The translations under genes were made by a program, and so were the position numbers. A stretch of DNA of 64,000 nucleotides from Bacteroidota bacterium. GTDB taxonomy: Bacteria; Bacteroidota; Bacteroidia; Chitinophagales; Saprospiraceae. The stretch lies in NCBI GenBank assembly GCA_041159865.1, contig JBEAXK010000079.1, forward strand, positions 67 through 64,066, written 5' to 3'. The notes under the pieces were generated by a model. That model was given only the letters and a program-made list of their open reading frames with translations. It made no database searches and had not been told where the DNA came from. Shown piece after piece: positions 7,274 to 18,900 of the stretch (its first letter is position 1; each line of letters starts with the position of its first letter).

Positions 7274-8623
7274 CATTTTGATTTGCTGAATTACAAAGTT
7301 ACCTACCTTCCTTCCTTGCTTTACTCCCTCTTCAATAGCTTGCCTGTAATGTATGCCTCCGTAAAGCCTGCTTAAAGATGCCTCATCGCCGGCATGTCGA
7401 AAAGAGGTGAATGACCGCTCTGGAAGTCCATATTCTACTTCTGATGTGTCTCTGAATGCAAATTTATCACCGTACAAATGGGTTAGTACCTCTGCAGATG
7501 CATTTGATATGACACTATGCCCACTCGTATATTCTGGAAATGGAGGCGTTTGGAGCAAAGGAACCCAGTCTTCATCGACATATTTATTAATAACCGTTTC
7601 AGGTCTGATAACAACACTTCGCCATTTTTCATCCCAACAGCTTATAAATCCATCAAATAAGGAGATGGAAACCATTGTATAAGCAGCCACAGTTTCCATA
7701 AAGTCAGACTTCGCTTTCTGTGTTGTTATGCCTGTTATGCCCATCCAGTGTCCACCTGGAGTAATTTTCTTAGTGGCAAACATGGCATGTCCCTGTACAT
7801 GAGAAACGTAAGGGTTACAATCCCAAAATTTGGCAATATTAAGAGATTCTTCCTTTAGGTTTTGACCAGTTTCGTAAACCTCCATTACTTGTTTGTAAAA
7901 AGGACTTCCCTTTGTCATATTAAATTTATGAGCGGGGACAGGTTTGAATTGACTGGCAGAATCCAATACAAAAGGACGGATTTTATTCCAATGAGGTTCA
8001 ATCCCCTCCATATAATCAGGAGGAGTGGGTTTCCAATAGGCATCATCCTGCCTTAGAGTATATTTGGGAAGTGAGCGGGTTTGTTTGTAATTATCTTTAC
8101 CTGCCCATGTCAATATATGTTCAGCTACTTTCTCGCCATAAGCCAGAGATTGTAAAAAAATGTCATTAGGTAGGTTGCTTTTTTTAACTTCCATATAAAA
8201 GGCCTCTCTATAAGCATCTATTTTTTCTTCTGAAAATATTAAGGCCTTCCCAACAGTTAAAAAAGCATGGATGGAAGCGAGATGAAAATCAATGTATTTG
8301 GTGGTATCAGGCGCCGGAACGGGTGTTAATTCATTTAATTGACTTGCTAACGATTGATATTCAGGATAGGTATGAACCAACACCTCATAAGCAGCTATAT
8401 TGGGATAAGCATAAATTCTACTGGCTACAGGGGGTGAAAAAATATCGTGGACAATGATGTCTGTTAGCTTTTTTAAAGAATGATGATAATATTGGGGGTT
8501 TTCAAGAGTTGAAATATATGGGGTTGATTCTTTTTTGCATGCGCCCAAGGCTAAAAACAGCAAACTAAAAATACAGATTCTTTTTATTAATAATGTAAAC
8601 ATGGGTTTCTTATTTATTAGCAT
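7262..8623 (-). CDS. PAP2-superfamily protein, vanadium-dependent haloperoxidase / acid phosphatase-like lipoprotein
   Basis: Lipobox FLALGAC. PAP2/VHPO motifs: KWRSVVIRP (KxxxxxxRP), YTSGHS (PSGH-type), SRLYGGIHYRQA (SRxxxxxH). It is the last gene of the SusC/SusD operon. An alternative start at M8 (8602) would remove the 14-nt overlap with the upstream gene. Confidence 0.8.
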   Translation of the reverse strand: MLINKKPMFTLLIKRICIFSLLFLALGACKKESTPYISTLENPQYYHHSLKKLTDIIVHDIFSPPVASRIYAYPNIAAYEVLVHTYPEYQSLASQLNELTPVPAPDTTKYIDFHLASIHAFLTVGKALIFSEEKIDAYREAFYMEVKKSNLPNDIFLQSLAYGEKVAEHILTWAGKDNYKQTRSLPKYTLRQDDAYWKPTPPDYMEGIEPHWNKIRPFVLDSASQFKPVPAHKFNMTKGSPFYKQVMEVYETGQNLKEESLNIAKFWDCNPYVSHVQGHAMFATKKITPGGHWMGITGITTQKAKSDFMETVAAYTMVSISLFDGFISCWDEKWRSVVIRPETVINKYVDEDWVPLLQTPPFPEYTSGHSVISNASAEVLTHLYGDKFAFRDTSEVEYGLPERSFTSFRHAGDEASLSRLYGGIHYRQAIEEGVKQGRKVGNFVIQQIKMKGE

Positions 8624-11600
8624 TTACTTTGTAAAGTAACGGTTTATCGTCATTCAATCCAATGATTAAATGCATTTTTTCTTGAAGATTTAACTTTTTT
8701 ATGTCTCGTATTTGCCCTGAAATATGGATACCACTTTTTGCAATAGGTATAGGGGAAAAATTTAAATTTCCAGTACCTAAAAGGACTAAACCTTTCCCTG
8801 CATCGTAAGTTCCAAAATAGGGAGCCGTGCCCATATTATTTCCCCCTAATATAATATCTTGAAAATAATCTCCATTTATGTCCAATGATTGAATGGCATA
8901 TATAGGGGTAAATTGAGCCTCTTTGGGTAGTTTTTTAATTTTAAAATCGAAATTACCCTTATTTTCCATAGAAATACTGCTAAAAAGCTGAACAGTCAAC
9001 TGCCTACTGTTATCAAGCATCTCCTTTCCTAATATTTGTTGAATGGTTTTTCCAGCAAAATCTTTATGCTTAACAAATTTTTTCTTTAAACCTGGAATTT
9101 GTTTTATGAGTTCGTCTCTGCTATTCATGGGAAAAATACCGCCTTTATGTCTATAGGCAATGAGTGGATCAACGGTCCCATTTTTATCAAAATCGTTCGC
9201 ATATAAGTACAGTGGAAATGCTGGTGAAGGGGTATGTCTGGTGTTTTCTCCCTGGTTACCCAAAATTAAATCGCTGTCTCCATCCTTGTCTATATCCACT
9301 ATTTCAATAGTATGCCACCAACCAGAGGTGTTTGCTAAACTTTTAATTAATATTTCTTTGAGAATACCCCTTTCGTTTTTAAAAATTCGTATGGGCATCC
9401 ATTCTCCAACAATAACTAAATCGAGCCAGTTATCTCTGTCTAAATCTACCCATTTAGCATCGGTAACCATACCAGATACTTCAAATCCTTTTTTTTCCGG
9501 TAAAGGGGAAAAATGTCCCTTCCCGTCATTTACAAGCAGGTAACTTTTCGAAGAAAACCCATATTTACCTGAAATGAAATGATTTCCGATAAACAAATCT
9601 TCGTCCCCATCCTTATCAAAATCGGCAGAGGTAATGGCTCCGGTATGTTGGAAAAAGGCGGGTATTCGGAAACTTTCATCTTTAAATATGCCCTTTCCAT
9701 TGTTTATAAGTAATCTGTCTTTTAAATTTTGATGACCTTCGGGCCATTCACTTCCACTATTACCGATGTACAAGTCTTTGTATCCATCTGTATTGGCATC
9801 AAAAAAAAGACATTGAGTTTCTTCAGACTCCTTAAAAGATTCAAAAACAGCTTGGTTTTGTTTTTGCAGCTGGCCATTTTTTAATTGAAAAAATAGGCCA
9901 CCAGAGCTGTTTTTGGCCTTTGTTATATAAAAATCCTCCAGCTGATCGCCGTTTATGTCGGCAACGGCAATATTTGGGCCCAGATTTGAATATTTATGTG
10001 GAATTAAATAGGAAATATCAAAATCGTTGAAATCATTTTCCTCGTGTATATAGTCTATTTCAGTTCCTTTTGACAAATAGGGAATATTTACTGAAGGTTT
10101 TCGATAGTCATATACCTCTTTTAATTCCGTTTCATTAACCAGGATAGTTTGATTTACAGGAATGCTTTCCCATAACTTGGTTTTACCACCTGGCCATATT
10201 ATTCTCAAAGAATCAATTTCTTTTATTTCACCTAAACCCATTTGTATAAATGGAGGTACCGACGATTGAAACCCTCTGCTGGGATAATTCTCCTGTACCT
10301 TCATTTTTCCATCGTGATAAACCAAAGCTTTTGCTCCTATACCCTTTGTATTCCCATTTAAGCCATTGAACTTAATATTTATAAATGAATTTTCGGTTTT
10401 GGCATTAGATTTTCTGGTTTGATTTTGAAGTAAGGTCGCCTCTTGATTAAGGTTATTAATAACTAAATCTAAATCACCGTCATTATCCAAATCGCCATAG
10501 GCAGATCCGTTTGAAATGGTATTCTCATTTATCCCCCAGCTTTTGGTCACATTTTTAAAGGTTAAATCCTTATTATTTTTAAAAAAATAGTTGGTTGTTT
10601 CTCCTTTTGGCATTTGGCCGTATAGTTTTCTATCGCTCAGATTTGGATTATTTAACATTTCCTCACTGGAAAGAAATTGGATATAATCCATATCATTCGG
10701 TCTTCTTTGGATACCGTTGCTAACAAATAAGTCTTTCCACCCATCATTATCAAAATCAGCAAATAAAGAGGCCCAACTCCAGTCTGTGGCAGCAATACCC
10801 GCCAGATGTGCCATTTCTGCAAATTGGGGAACATTGTTTTCATCCATCCCCAGGTTTAATTGCAGGGCATTTTTTGAAAACTGTCTGCCGAAGCCCAAAG
10901 ATAATTTTAACTGATAAGTGTTATAGGAATCTTCACCTGCTGATTTTTTAAGAACTACCTCATCCTCTGGCAACATATCTAAGGAAACAAGATCGATATA
11001 TCCGTCATTATTAAAATCGGCCAAATCATTTCCCATAGAAAATCTGGAAGTATGTTGAATCGATTGATTGATAACCTCTGTAAAGCTCTTATTTTTATTA
11101 TTTAAATACAAGTAATCATTTTCACTAAAATCATTGGAAATATAAAGGTCAGGCCACCCGTCATTATTCAAATCACTTACACCGACCCCCAATCCATAGC
11201 CTAACTGACTGCTAAATATACCTGCAGCTCTTGTTATAGGGTAAAATTTATGGTCAATATTTTCAAAGAATCTGTCCCCAGCTAAAGCATCATCATAATT
11301 TCTTTTTGATGCTTCGTTTAATCTGTGTTCCGTATGAACGGAGTGATTAAGTAGATACATATCTAAATCGCCATCGAGATCAAAGTCAAGAAAGGCAGTT
11401 TGTGTACTAAAACCGCTAAAATTTAAACCATAATTTTCGGCTTCTTCAGAAAAGGTAAGATTCCCTTGGTTGATAAACAATTCGTTTTCTCCCTTTATTC
11501 CCTTATAATTGCCCAATCTGCATTGATAAATATCCAAAAGTCCGTCCCCATTTATATCTACCAGGGTAACGCCTGTTTTCCATGCCCCTGGAGATTCTAC

Positions 11601-11930
11601 ACCTGCTTTAACAGTAATATCCTCGAACTTCCAGTTCCCCTTATTCAAGTATAATTTATTATTAGTTTGATTACCAGAGATATAAATATCCAGAAGGCCA
11701 TCATTATTAATATCGCCTAAGGCTACCCCGCCGCCATTATAGAAATATAGGTATTCAATGATATTGAAATCTTCTGTTTCAACAAGATCATTTGAAAAGC
11801 GGACATTCGAAACAGAAGAGGGAACGGTTTTAAATAAAGCAGATTCTGCCCCTGGGTTTTGATTACAATGACTGGCCAAAAGGGATAGTGTACCAAACAA
11901 TACAAAATGCTTCAGTTTTAACTGTTTCAT
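8610..11930 (-). CDS. FG-GAP/VCBS-repeat + UnbV/ASPIC domain protein (CRTAC1-like), paralog C
   Basis: 1106 aa with an N-terminal signal. Repeated DxNxDGxxD(I/L)(Y/F) calcium-binding FG-GAP/VCBS motifs (GDINNDGLLDIY, VDINGDGLLDIY, DFDLDGDLDMY, GDLDNDGDLDLVINN ...). A central UnbV/ASPIC-like block (PSRGFQSSVPPFIQMGLGEIKEIDSLRIIWPGGK) is followed by a second set of FG-GAP repeats. Confidence 0.85.
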   Translation of the reverse strand: MKQLKLKHFVLFGTLSLLASHCNQNPGAESALFKTVPSSVSNVRFSNDLVETEDFNIIEYLYFYNGGGVALGDINNDGLLDIYISGNQTNNKLYLNKGNWKFEDITVKAGVESPGAWKTGVTLVDINGDGLLDIYQCRLGNYKGIKGENELFINQGNLTFSEEAENYGLNFSGFSTQTAFLDFDLDGDLDMYLLNHSVHTEHRLNEASKRNYDDALAGDRFFENIDHKFYPITRAAGIFSSQLGYGLGVGVSDLNNDGWPDLYISNDFSENDYLYLNNKNKSFTEVINQSIQHTSRFSMGNDLADFNNDGYIDLVSLDMLPEDEVVLKKSAGEDSYNTYQLKLSLGFGRQFSKNALQLNLGMDENNVPQFAEMAHLAGIAATDWSWASLFADFDNDGWKDLFVSNGIQRRPNDMDYIQFLSSEEMLNNPNLSDRKLYGQMPKGETTNYFFKNNKDLTFKNVTKSWGINENTISNGSAYGDLDNDGDLDLVINNLNQEATLLQNQTRKSNAKTENSFINIKFNGLNGNTKGIGAKALVYHDGKMKVQENYPSRGFQSSVPPFIQMGLGEIKEIDSLRIIWPGGKTKLWESIPVNQTILVNETELKEVYDYRKPSVNIPYLSKGTEIDYIHEENDFNDFDISYLIPHKYSNLGPNIAVADINGDQLEDFYITKAKNSSGGLFFQLKNGQLQKQNQAVFESFKESEETQCLFFDANTDGYKDLYIGNSGSEWPEGHQNLKDRLLINNGKGIFKDESFRIPAFFQHTGAITSADFDKDGDEDLFIGNHFISGKYGFSSKSYLLVNDGKGHFSPLPEKKGFEVSGMVTDAKWVDLDRDNWLDLVIVGEWMPIRIFKNERGILKEILIKSLANTSGWWHTIEIVDIDKDGDSDLILGNQGENTRHTPSPAFPLYLYANDFDKNGTVDPLIAYRHKGGIFPMNSRDELIKQIPGLKKKFVKHKDFAGKTIQQILGKEMLDNSRQLTVQLFSSISMENKGNFDFKIKKLPKEAQFTPIYAIQSLDINGDYFQDIILGGNNMGTAPYFGTYDAGKGLVLLGTGNLNFSPIPIAKSGIHISGQIRDIKKLNLQEKMHLIIGLNDDKPLLYKVNANK

Positions 11931-11940
11931 TTAAACCATT

Positions 11941-14900
11941 TTACTTGCCGACGATGAATCCATTTTTTCTTTTTTGAATGGTAAATATTTGCGCTTGATC
12001 ATTATTATTTGCAACCAATAAAATAGATTCATTTTTGACAGATAAAAGAGAGAAGCCTCTGGTTTGCCCTTTGAGTTTAAATCCAGAATCTTTTGCTAAG
12101 ACAGGTTTAAATTCTCCTGATCCATTCCCTTTTAGAAATAAACCATAACTCGCATCATAGCGGCCAACCTCTGGTTTAGCTTGATAAAAATTGCCACCTA
12201 ATAGAATATCCTGATGACTATCCCCGTCAAAATCGTTAATCGAAATGGCATAAACGGGTGAAAACTGAGCTTCCACAGGGAGTGGTTTTTTAATAAAGGT
12301 TCCTTTGCCTGTATTTAAATAAACAACCGTTTCAAGCATTTTTGCTTGCAGTTTTAAGGAAGAGGAGAGCATCGGTTTATCAAAAATATCGGTGATCTGT
12401 TGGTTTTTGTAGCTATTATATTTAAGGTATTTTTTCTTGAGAATTGGCATTTGCAACACTAAATCATGACGTAAAATCAATGGGTATGATTTTTCACCAT
12501 TGTATTGACATAATATTTGTTCAATGGTACCATTTTGATCAAAATCATTGATATAGAGGTCTATAGGTTTATTTTGGGAAGCACGAAATCTAGAATTTAA
12601 GCCGTGATTTCCAAGGACAATATCCTTATATCCGTCTGCATTTAAGTCAGCTATTTCTATAGAATTCCACCATCCATTGGTATTATCAAAACCCGCATTT
12701 TTAGAAATTTCGGTAAACTTACCGGTATTATTTTGAAAAATACGGATAGCCATATATTCTCCAGCCAGGATTAAATCATCATCCTTATCGTTATCAAAAT
12801 CGACCCATGCAGCGTCCGTAATCATACCGACATTCTTTAAGGCAGGCAGCGCTTTTGACGTTACATCCGTAAAATTTCCTTTCCCATCATTTTGTAGCAT
12901 AAAACTACTTGCTGGAAGACCATAGAAAAAAGGAATGGAACGAATACCAACAAATAAATCGATATCACCATCAAGGTCATAATCAGCGGGTTTGACTGTA
13001 GAAGTACTTTCAAATTGATTTGCGGGAAGAATCTGATCTGATTTTACCAGTTTTCCTCCCGACGAATTAAAATACAAGCGGTCTGCCAAAGAAGAAGAGC
13101 TATTCGAAACCTCATTACTTCCACTGGCTACATAAAGATCATTTTTTCCGTCACCGTTGGCATCAAAAATGGTACAATCTGTATCTTCGGAGTCCTTATC
13201 CGTTTCAAAAAGTTGCTTTTGAACGGATAAAAATTGCCCGTTCGGTTGTTGAAAGAAAAGAGAACCAGGTTTGCCAGAGGAACCACCAATATAAATATCT
13301 TCCCTCTTGTCACCATTTAAATCGCCTTTACAAAGACAAGGACCTTCTGAGGAAAGCATGTGGAAAATCAGTCTTTCTCTATCAAAATCGACAAAAGGAT
13401 TTTCCAGATGTTGAAAACTAAATGGAGGTGATTTAATTATTTCAGTAAATAATTTCTGATTACTTTCATTGGATATATTTCCGTTCCCTTCCTCAAGGGC
13501 TTTTTCCTGATTGAGAAGAATCGTCTGATTTACTTTTACATTTCGGAGAATGGTTGTTTTGTTATCGGGCCATTCAACTATTATACTATCAACTATTTTT
13601 GAATTTCCTAAGCCAATATTAGGTCTTGGATCAACGGTAGATTGGAATCCACGGATGGGAATATGTTCCAGATACCTTTTTTCACCCTGAACAAAAGTGG
13701 TTATTTTAGTACCTACAGCATTGGTATTTCCTTCAATTCCTTTCAGTTCAAACTTTAGATAATTATTTTCAGGATAGTTTTGTCTGCTTTGATTTTGAAA
13801 CAAAGAAAATGGCGTATTGACATTATTTACAACTAAATCGAGGTCTCCATCATTATCGAGATCGCCATAAGCAGAACCATTAGAAAAACCTGGATTTCCC
13901 AGACCTAACTTTTGTGCTTCATCTTGAAAAGATAAACCACCTTGATTGACAAAAGCATGATTAGGGATAGGATTTGAGGGAATCAGTTCAACCAGTTTTT
14001 TATATGCCTCTCCTTTATTCGACATGATTTGTTGAACGGTATTTTCCTCTGTTACAAATTTTAAAAAATCCTGATCCGTTAAATCCTGATAAATACCATT
14101 GGCAACAAAAATATCTTTACGACCATCATTTTGAAAATCGAAAATGAGTGCACCCCAGCTCCAGTCGGTTGCAGCAACGTCTGATAATCGACCAATTTCG
14201 CTAAACGTATTATCTTGATTATTCAATTGAAGCATGTTACGTGTGAACTGATGCCAATATCCATTTTGAAAATTAAGCTGATACCTATCCCAATTGTCAA
14301 ATGTGGTAACTGTTTTTAGTCTGGCATCTTCACGAGGTAACATATCCGTTACAAAAATATCAGGATAAGCGTCATTGTTGATATCTGCCATATCAGCTCC
14401 CATGGAAGCGGCACTGATAGATCGCATACAATTTTCTAATTCCTCAGTAAACGTTCCGTCTCCATTATTATGATATAAATAATCGCGTTCAAAGAAATCA
14501 TTGGAAACATAGATATCCAACCATCCGTCTTTATCAACATCACCGACAGTAACACCCAGTCCAAAGCCTATAACACTTCCATAAATACCTGCTTCTTCGC
14601 TTACGTCGGTGAAGTGATTCTGGTCATTTCGAAAAAGTTTATCACCTCCTACCGGGTCACGATTTGGCCTTTCATTTTTTCGCAAATTAAAACTACCGAT
14701 GGCTTGATAGGAATTATTGAGTAAATACATATCTAAATCACCGTCTTTATCATAATCAAAAAAAGCAGCATGCGTTGAAAAGCCTTTATCGGCTAATCCA
14801 TATTTTTCTGCTTCCTCTTTGAACTCGGGAATTCCATTTGCATTATTTCCCTGATTGATAAATAGTTCATTTTGTTTATTATCCCCTTTTATATCTCCAG

Positions 14901-15312
14901 AGTTACAAACATAAATATCCAAAAGACCATCCCCATTGACATCGGCAAGACTAACGCCAGTTGACCAGGCTTTTGTTCCTGCTACTTTTGCAGGGCCTGT
15001 GATATCTTCAAATTTAAAATTCCCTTTATTAAGGAATAATTTATTTGGAAGCATATTCGCCGTCATGTAAATATCAATCAACCCATCGTTATTTACATCG
15101 CCAAGACCTACACCACCACCGTTATAATAATTTCGGTAAGTATAAATATTGAATGTAGCATCAAAGCTTAATTTATTTTCAAAGTTAATGCCGCTTTCAT
15201 TTGCTTTTATTTCTTTGAAAAGAGGATTTGACCTATCTTTTTCTGAGGAACAACCAATGACCCCTAAAAGGAGTGGAAAAAATAATAAGGACTGAAGGGA
15301 ATAATTTTTCAT
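11941..15312 (-). CDS. FG-GAP/VCBS-repeat + UnbV/ASPIC domain lipoprotein (CRTAC1-like), paralog B
   Basis: 1123 aa with lipobox LLGVIGCSSE. It has the same architecture as the other two paralogs and shares blocks such as NGSAYGDLDNDGDLDLVVNN, ATDWSWGALIFD and PIRGFQSTVDPRPNIGLGNSKIVDSIIVEWPD. Confidence 0.85.
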   Translation of the reverse strand: MKNYSLQSLLFFPLLLGVIGCSSEKDRSNPLFKEIKANESGINFENKLSFDATFNIYTYRNYYNGGGVGLGDVNNDGLIDIYMTANMLPNKLFLNKGNFKFEDITGPAKVAGTKAWSTGVSLADVNGDGLLDIYVCNSGDIKGDNKQNELFINQGNNANGIPEFKEEAEKYGLADKGFSTHAAFFDYDKDGDLDMYLLNNSYQAIGSFNLRKNERPNRDPVGGDKLFRNDQNHFTDVSEEAGIYGSVIGFGLGVTVGDVDKDGWLDIYVSNDFFERDYLYHNNGDGTFTEELENCMRSISAASMGADMADINNDAYPDIFVTDMLPREDARLKTVTTFDNWDRYQLNFQNGYWHQFTRNMLQLNNQDNTFSEIGRLSDVAATDWSWGALIFDFQNDGRKDIFVANGIYQDLTDQDFLKFVTEENTVQQIMSNKGEAYKKLVELIPSNPIPNHAFVNQGGLSFQDEAQKLGLGNPGFSNGSAYGDLDNDGDLDLVVNNVNTPFSLFQNQSRQNYPENNYLKFELKGIEGNTNAVGTKITTFVQGEKRYLEHIPIRGFQSTVDPRPNIGLGNSKIVDSIIVEWPDNKTTILRNVKVNQTILLNQEKALEEGNGNISNESNQKLFTEIIKSPPFSFQHLENPFVDFDRERLIFHMLSSEGPCLCKGDLNGDKREDIYIGGSSGKPGSLFFQQPNGQFLSVQKQLFETDKDSEDTDCTIFDANGDGKNDLYVASGSNEVSNSSSSLADRLYFNSSGGKLVKSDQILPANQFESTSTVKPADYDLDGDIDLFVGIRSIPFFYGLPASSFMLQNDGKGNFTDVTSKALPALKNVGMITDAAWVDFDNDKDDDLILAGEYMAIRIFQNNTGKFTEISKNAGFDNTNGWWNSIEIADLNADGYKDIVLGNHGLNSRFRASQNKPIDLYINDFDQNGTIEQILCQYNGEKSYPLILRHDLVLQMPILKKKYLKYNSYKNQQITDIFDKPMLSSSLKLQAKMLETVVYLNTGKGTFIKKPLPVEAQFSPVYAISINDFDGDSHQDILLGGNFYQAKPEVGRYDASYGLFLKGNGSGEFKPVLAKDSGFKLKGQTRGFSLLSVKNESILLVANNNDQAQIFTIQKRKNGFIVGK

Positions 15313-15335
15313 AATAAAATACTTTGTTGAAAAAA

Positions 15336-15917
15336 TTATTTTTTTTCTTCTTCCAATTCTTCCAATGCTTTCTTTTCAACCTCTTTCACTTTTCTCATAT
15401 CGGTATATACAACTTGAACAAACTGATCATCGCGGATAAAAAGATTTATTCTCCTGTATTTATCCATTTTAGCATATATCTTTCCTTGAGTAGGATGATT
15501 AATTAATTGAAAGTCATCTCCATACCATTTTTTATAAACAACAAGTAAATCCTCTAATAATTTGTCGGACCAATATTGTTTATTCCATGGAGCCCATTTA
15601 TCATAAGTAAAGGTAACAGGCATTTCATAAATTTTATCTTCGTGGAAGGAAGGGTAGAAACGCATAAAAACGGGTTCTTTCAATTCATTTTCTAAACGAT
15701 ACTGAACGCTGGTATTACCTGTACCATGTGTAAATATTTTTTTCTTATTCATATCCCAGCAATAATCATAAAATTCTTTTCTGGTCATGCCAAAGAAAAC
15801 ATCTAAGAAAAGATAGTCTGGGTTTTTTATACCGTCTTTTTCTTTGGAAGGTGCTTTGGAGCAATTTGTAGAGAGGACGGAAATAAATAGAAAGAAAAAT
15901 AAAAAATGCTTTTTCAT
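15336..15917 (-). CDS. Hypothetical lipoprotein embedded between the paralogs
   Basis: 193 aa with signal plus lipobox (FISVLSTNCSK) and an acidic/lysine-rich tail (KKALEELEEEKK). It lies 3 nt downstream of paralog A and 23 nt upstream of paralog B. I recognise no motif. Confidence 0.6.
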   Translation of the reverse strand: MKKHFLFFFLFISVLSTNCSKAPSKEKDGIKNPDYLFLDVFFGMTRKEFYDYCWDMNKKKIFTHGTGNTSVQYRLENELKEPVFMRFYPSFHEDKIYEMPVTFTYDKWAPWNKQYWSDKLLEDLLVVYKKWYGDDFQLINHPTQGKIYAKMDKYRRINLFIRDDQFVQVVYTDMRKVKEVEKKALEELEEEKK

Positions 15918-15920
15918 GAG

Positions 15921-18900
15921 TTAATAGCTTAAAAATACTGGAAAATCATTGTTTTTACCGACGATAATGTTCGGTTTATTGTTTACCCTAATGGTTGTTA
16001 ACGAACGCATTTCTCCTTTAATAAACAGACCGGATTCATTTTGTTTCAACACAGAAAAAGATCCATTTCCATGACCTTTTAATAACAATCCATAACTCCC
16101 TTGATATATGCCCGTTTCAGGTTTTGCCTTCGATTGATTTCCACCCATTAAGATATCCAAATGACCATCTTTGTTAAAATCAGCGGTTAATAAGGAATAT
16201 ACAGGGCTAAATTGGGCCTCTGCTGGAAGTGACTTTTGCATAAATTTTTTGCCTTGATTGTTAATGAACAAACTTGTAGACAAGTTAAATGCATTTAATT
16301 GAAGAGAGGATGATATTTGTTCTTTTGTGAAAATATCAGAGATACCTTGATTTTTATAATTAGTGAAACGTAGATATTTCTTCTTAAGATAAGGAAGCTG
16401 AAGAACTAAATCGGTTCTTAAATGTAAAGGCAGTTCTTTTCCATCATAATATCTGGTTAATATTTGTTCAACAGTTCCGTTGTTATCAAAATCGTTAACA
16501 TATAAACGAATGGGCTGCGTGACAGAAGCTTTAAATCTGGAGTTCAAACCGTGATTTCCCAATACAATATCAGGGAATCCGTCTTTATTGACATCGCCAA
16601 CAGATATTGAATGGTACCATCCATTTGTGTATTGTAGCCCAGCCTGTGTTGAATGGTCTATAAATTTGCCGTTCAGTTGAATAAATAAACGCACAGGCAT
16701 CCACTCACCAACGATGATTAAGTCCATTTTGCCATCCTTATTATAATCTAACCAGGCTGCATCGGTAACCATGCCCAGGGATTTTAATTCTGGAATATAG
16801 GTGGAAGTTACATCCTTGAAATTACCCTTGCCATCATTTTGGAGCAGATAACTATTTACGGGTTGTCCATAATAATTAGGTGAAACCCTTCCACCCACAA
16901 AAAGGTCTAAATCTCCATCTGAATCAAAATCAGCTGCTTTTACGGCAGAGGTACTTTCCAAATTGGCAGGACTGGGTAAAATTTGTTGACTCTTAACCAA
17001 AGATTTTCCTTTTTTATTGACATATAACCGATCCATCAAAGTTAAAGAGCTATTGTTTACTTCATTGCTTCCACTGGAGACGTAAAGTTCTGGAAAACCG
17101 TCGTTATCTGCATCAAAAAACACACATCCTGTATCCTCGGAATCTTTATCTTCATCGAAAAGGGTATTTTCTAAATATTTGAACTGTCCTGTATTATGTT
17201 GAATCCATAACCTTCCTGCCTGTCCGCGTGCCCCACCTATGTAAAAATCATCCAGGCCGTCTCTATTAAAATCACCGGAACAGGTACATGGACCTTCATT
17301 AGAAATCATATTAAAACGCAGTCTTTCTTTGTCAAAATCAACATAATTACTTTCAATATGTTTGAAAACAACTCCTTTTGGTATTGGTTCTTGAAAGAAT
17401 AGTTGATTTTTTTTGTTGGTTGCTAAATGATATCTGGGTTTATCGAAAACCTTGGCCTCTTTCTGGAAAACAGTTAAAAACTTGTTTGTTTGTACCTGAT
17501 ATAGTTTAGTCTGTCTGTCATCTGGCCATTCAATAATTAAGGAATCAATAATGGAATCTTGGCCCAGTCCAAAATTAAGACGGTAATCTACGGAGGACAT
17601 AAAACCTCTCATGGGAGCCAGCTCCTGATAGTATATTTTATTTTTTGAATAAAGATGAATCTTTGATCCAAGTGCAAAAGTATTTAAACCCTCGCCAACT
17701 AAGTTTAGGGTAAGAAAATGATGGTTTTTAAGAAGGGTTGTGCTTTTATTTTCATAAATAAAAGAAGGCATATTTACATTATTGATAACCAGATCTAAAT
17801 CGCCGTCGTTATCCAAGTCTCCGTAAGCAGAACCATTTGAATGTGAGGGCAGATCCAGTCCCCAGTCTTTAGCCTTATTAGAGAATTGATATGAGCCCTC
17901 ATTTTTAAAAGAAAAATTGGGTATTTTATTAGAAGGAATGGAGTCAATTAATTGTTTAATGACTTGTTTTTTTTGTAGAATAATCTGTCTGACCAAGTCA
18001 GGATTACCTATAAAATTGACATAATCTTGATCCAGTAGATCTTTGTAAATGCCATTAGCGACGAAAATATCTTTAAGGCCGTCGAGGTCCATGTCAAAGA
18101 TAAGTGCCCCCCAACTCCAGTCTGTTGCGTGGACACCAGAAAATCGGGAAATTTCGGAAAAAGAAATCTCTCCATTTGCATTTGGTCCGTTATTTAGCTG
18201 GAGACTGTTCCTGCTAAATTGATGATAATATCCTTGTATAATATTGGTTTGATATTTATCCCATTTTTCAAATTGAGCGGTCGTTTTTAAGCGATTGTCA
18301 GATTCGGGAAGCATTTCTGTAACAAAAATCTCAGGGAGTGCATCATTATTGATGTCAGCCAGATCGGCACCCATTGAACCCATACTAATTTCTTGCAGGT
18401 ACTCCTCTAATTTTTCAGAAAAAGAACCATTTTTATTATTGATATATAAATAATCTTTTTCAAAGAAGTCGTTGGAAACATAAATATCCTGCCAGCCATC
18501 TTTGTTAATATCGCCAATAGTCACACCTAAACCAAAGCCTATTGCACTGGAATAAATACCAGCCTTAAGGGTTACGTCTGAAAAAAAAGTACCCTCATTT
18601 CTATATAATTTATTACCACCATCAGGATCAGGAATTTTCCTTTGGTCTTTCCTTAAATCATACCCACCGATAGATCTTAAGCTGTTATTGAGCAAATAAA
18701 GATCTAAATCGCCATCTTTATCAAAATCAAAGAAGGCGGCATGAGTGGAAAGTCCCTGATCATCGAGTCGATAATTTTTTGCCATTTCGGTGAAAGTAGG
18801 TATTTTACCTATTCCGTTTCCATCATTAATAAAAAGTTCATTGTGTCTGTTTACCCCACCTGGAGGTCCAGATTTACAAATATAAATATCCAGCCATCCA

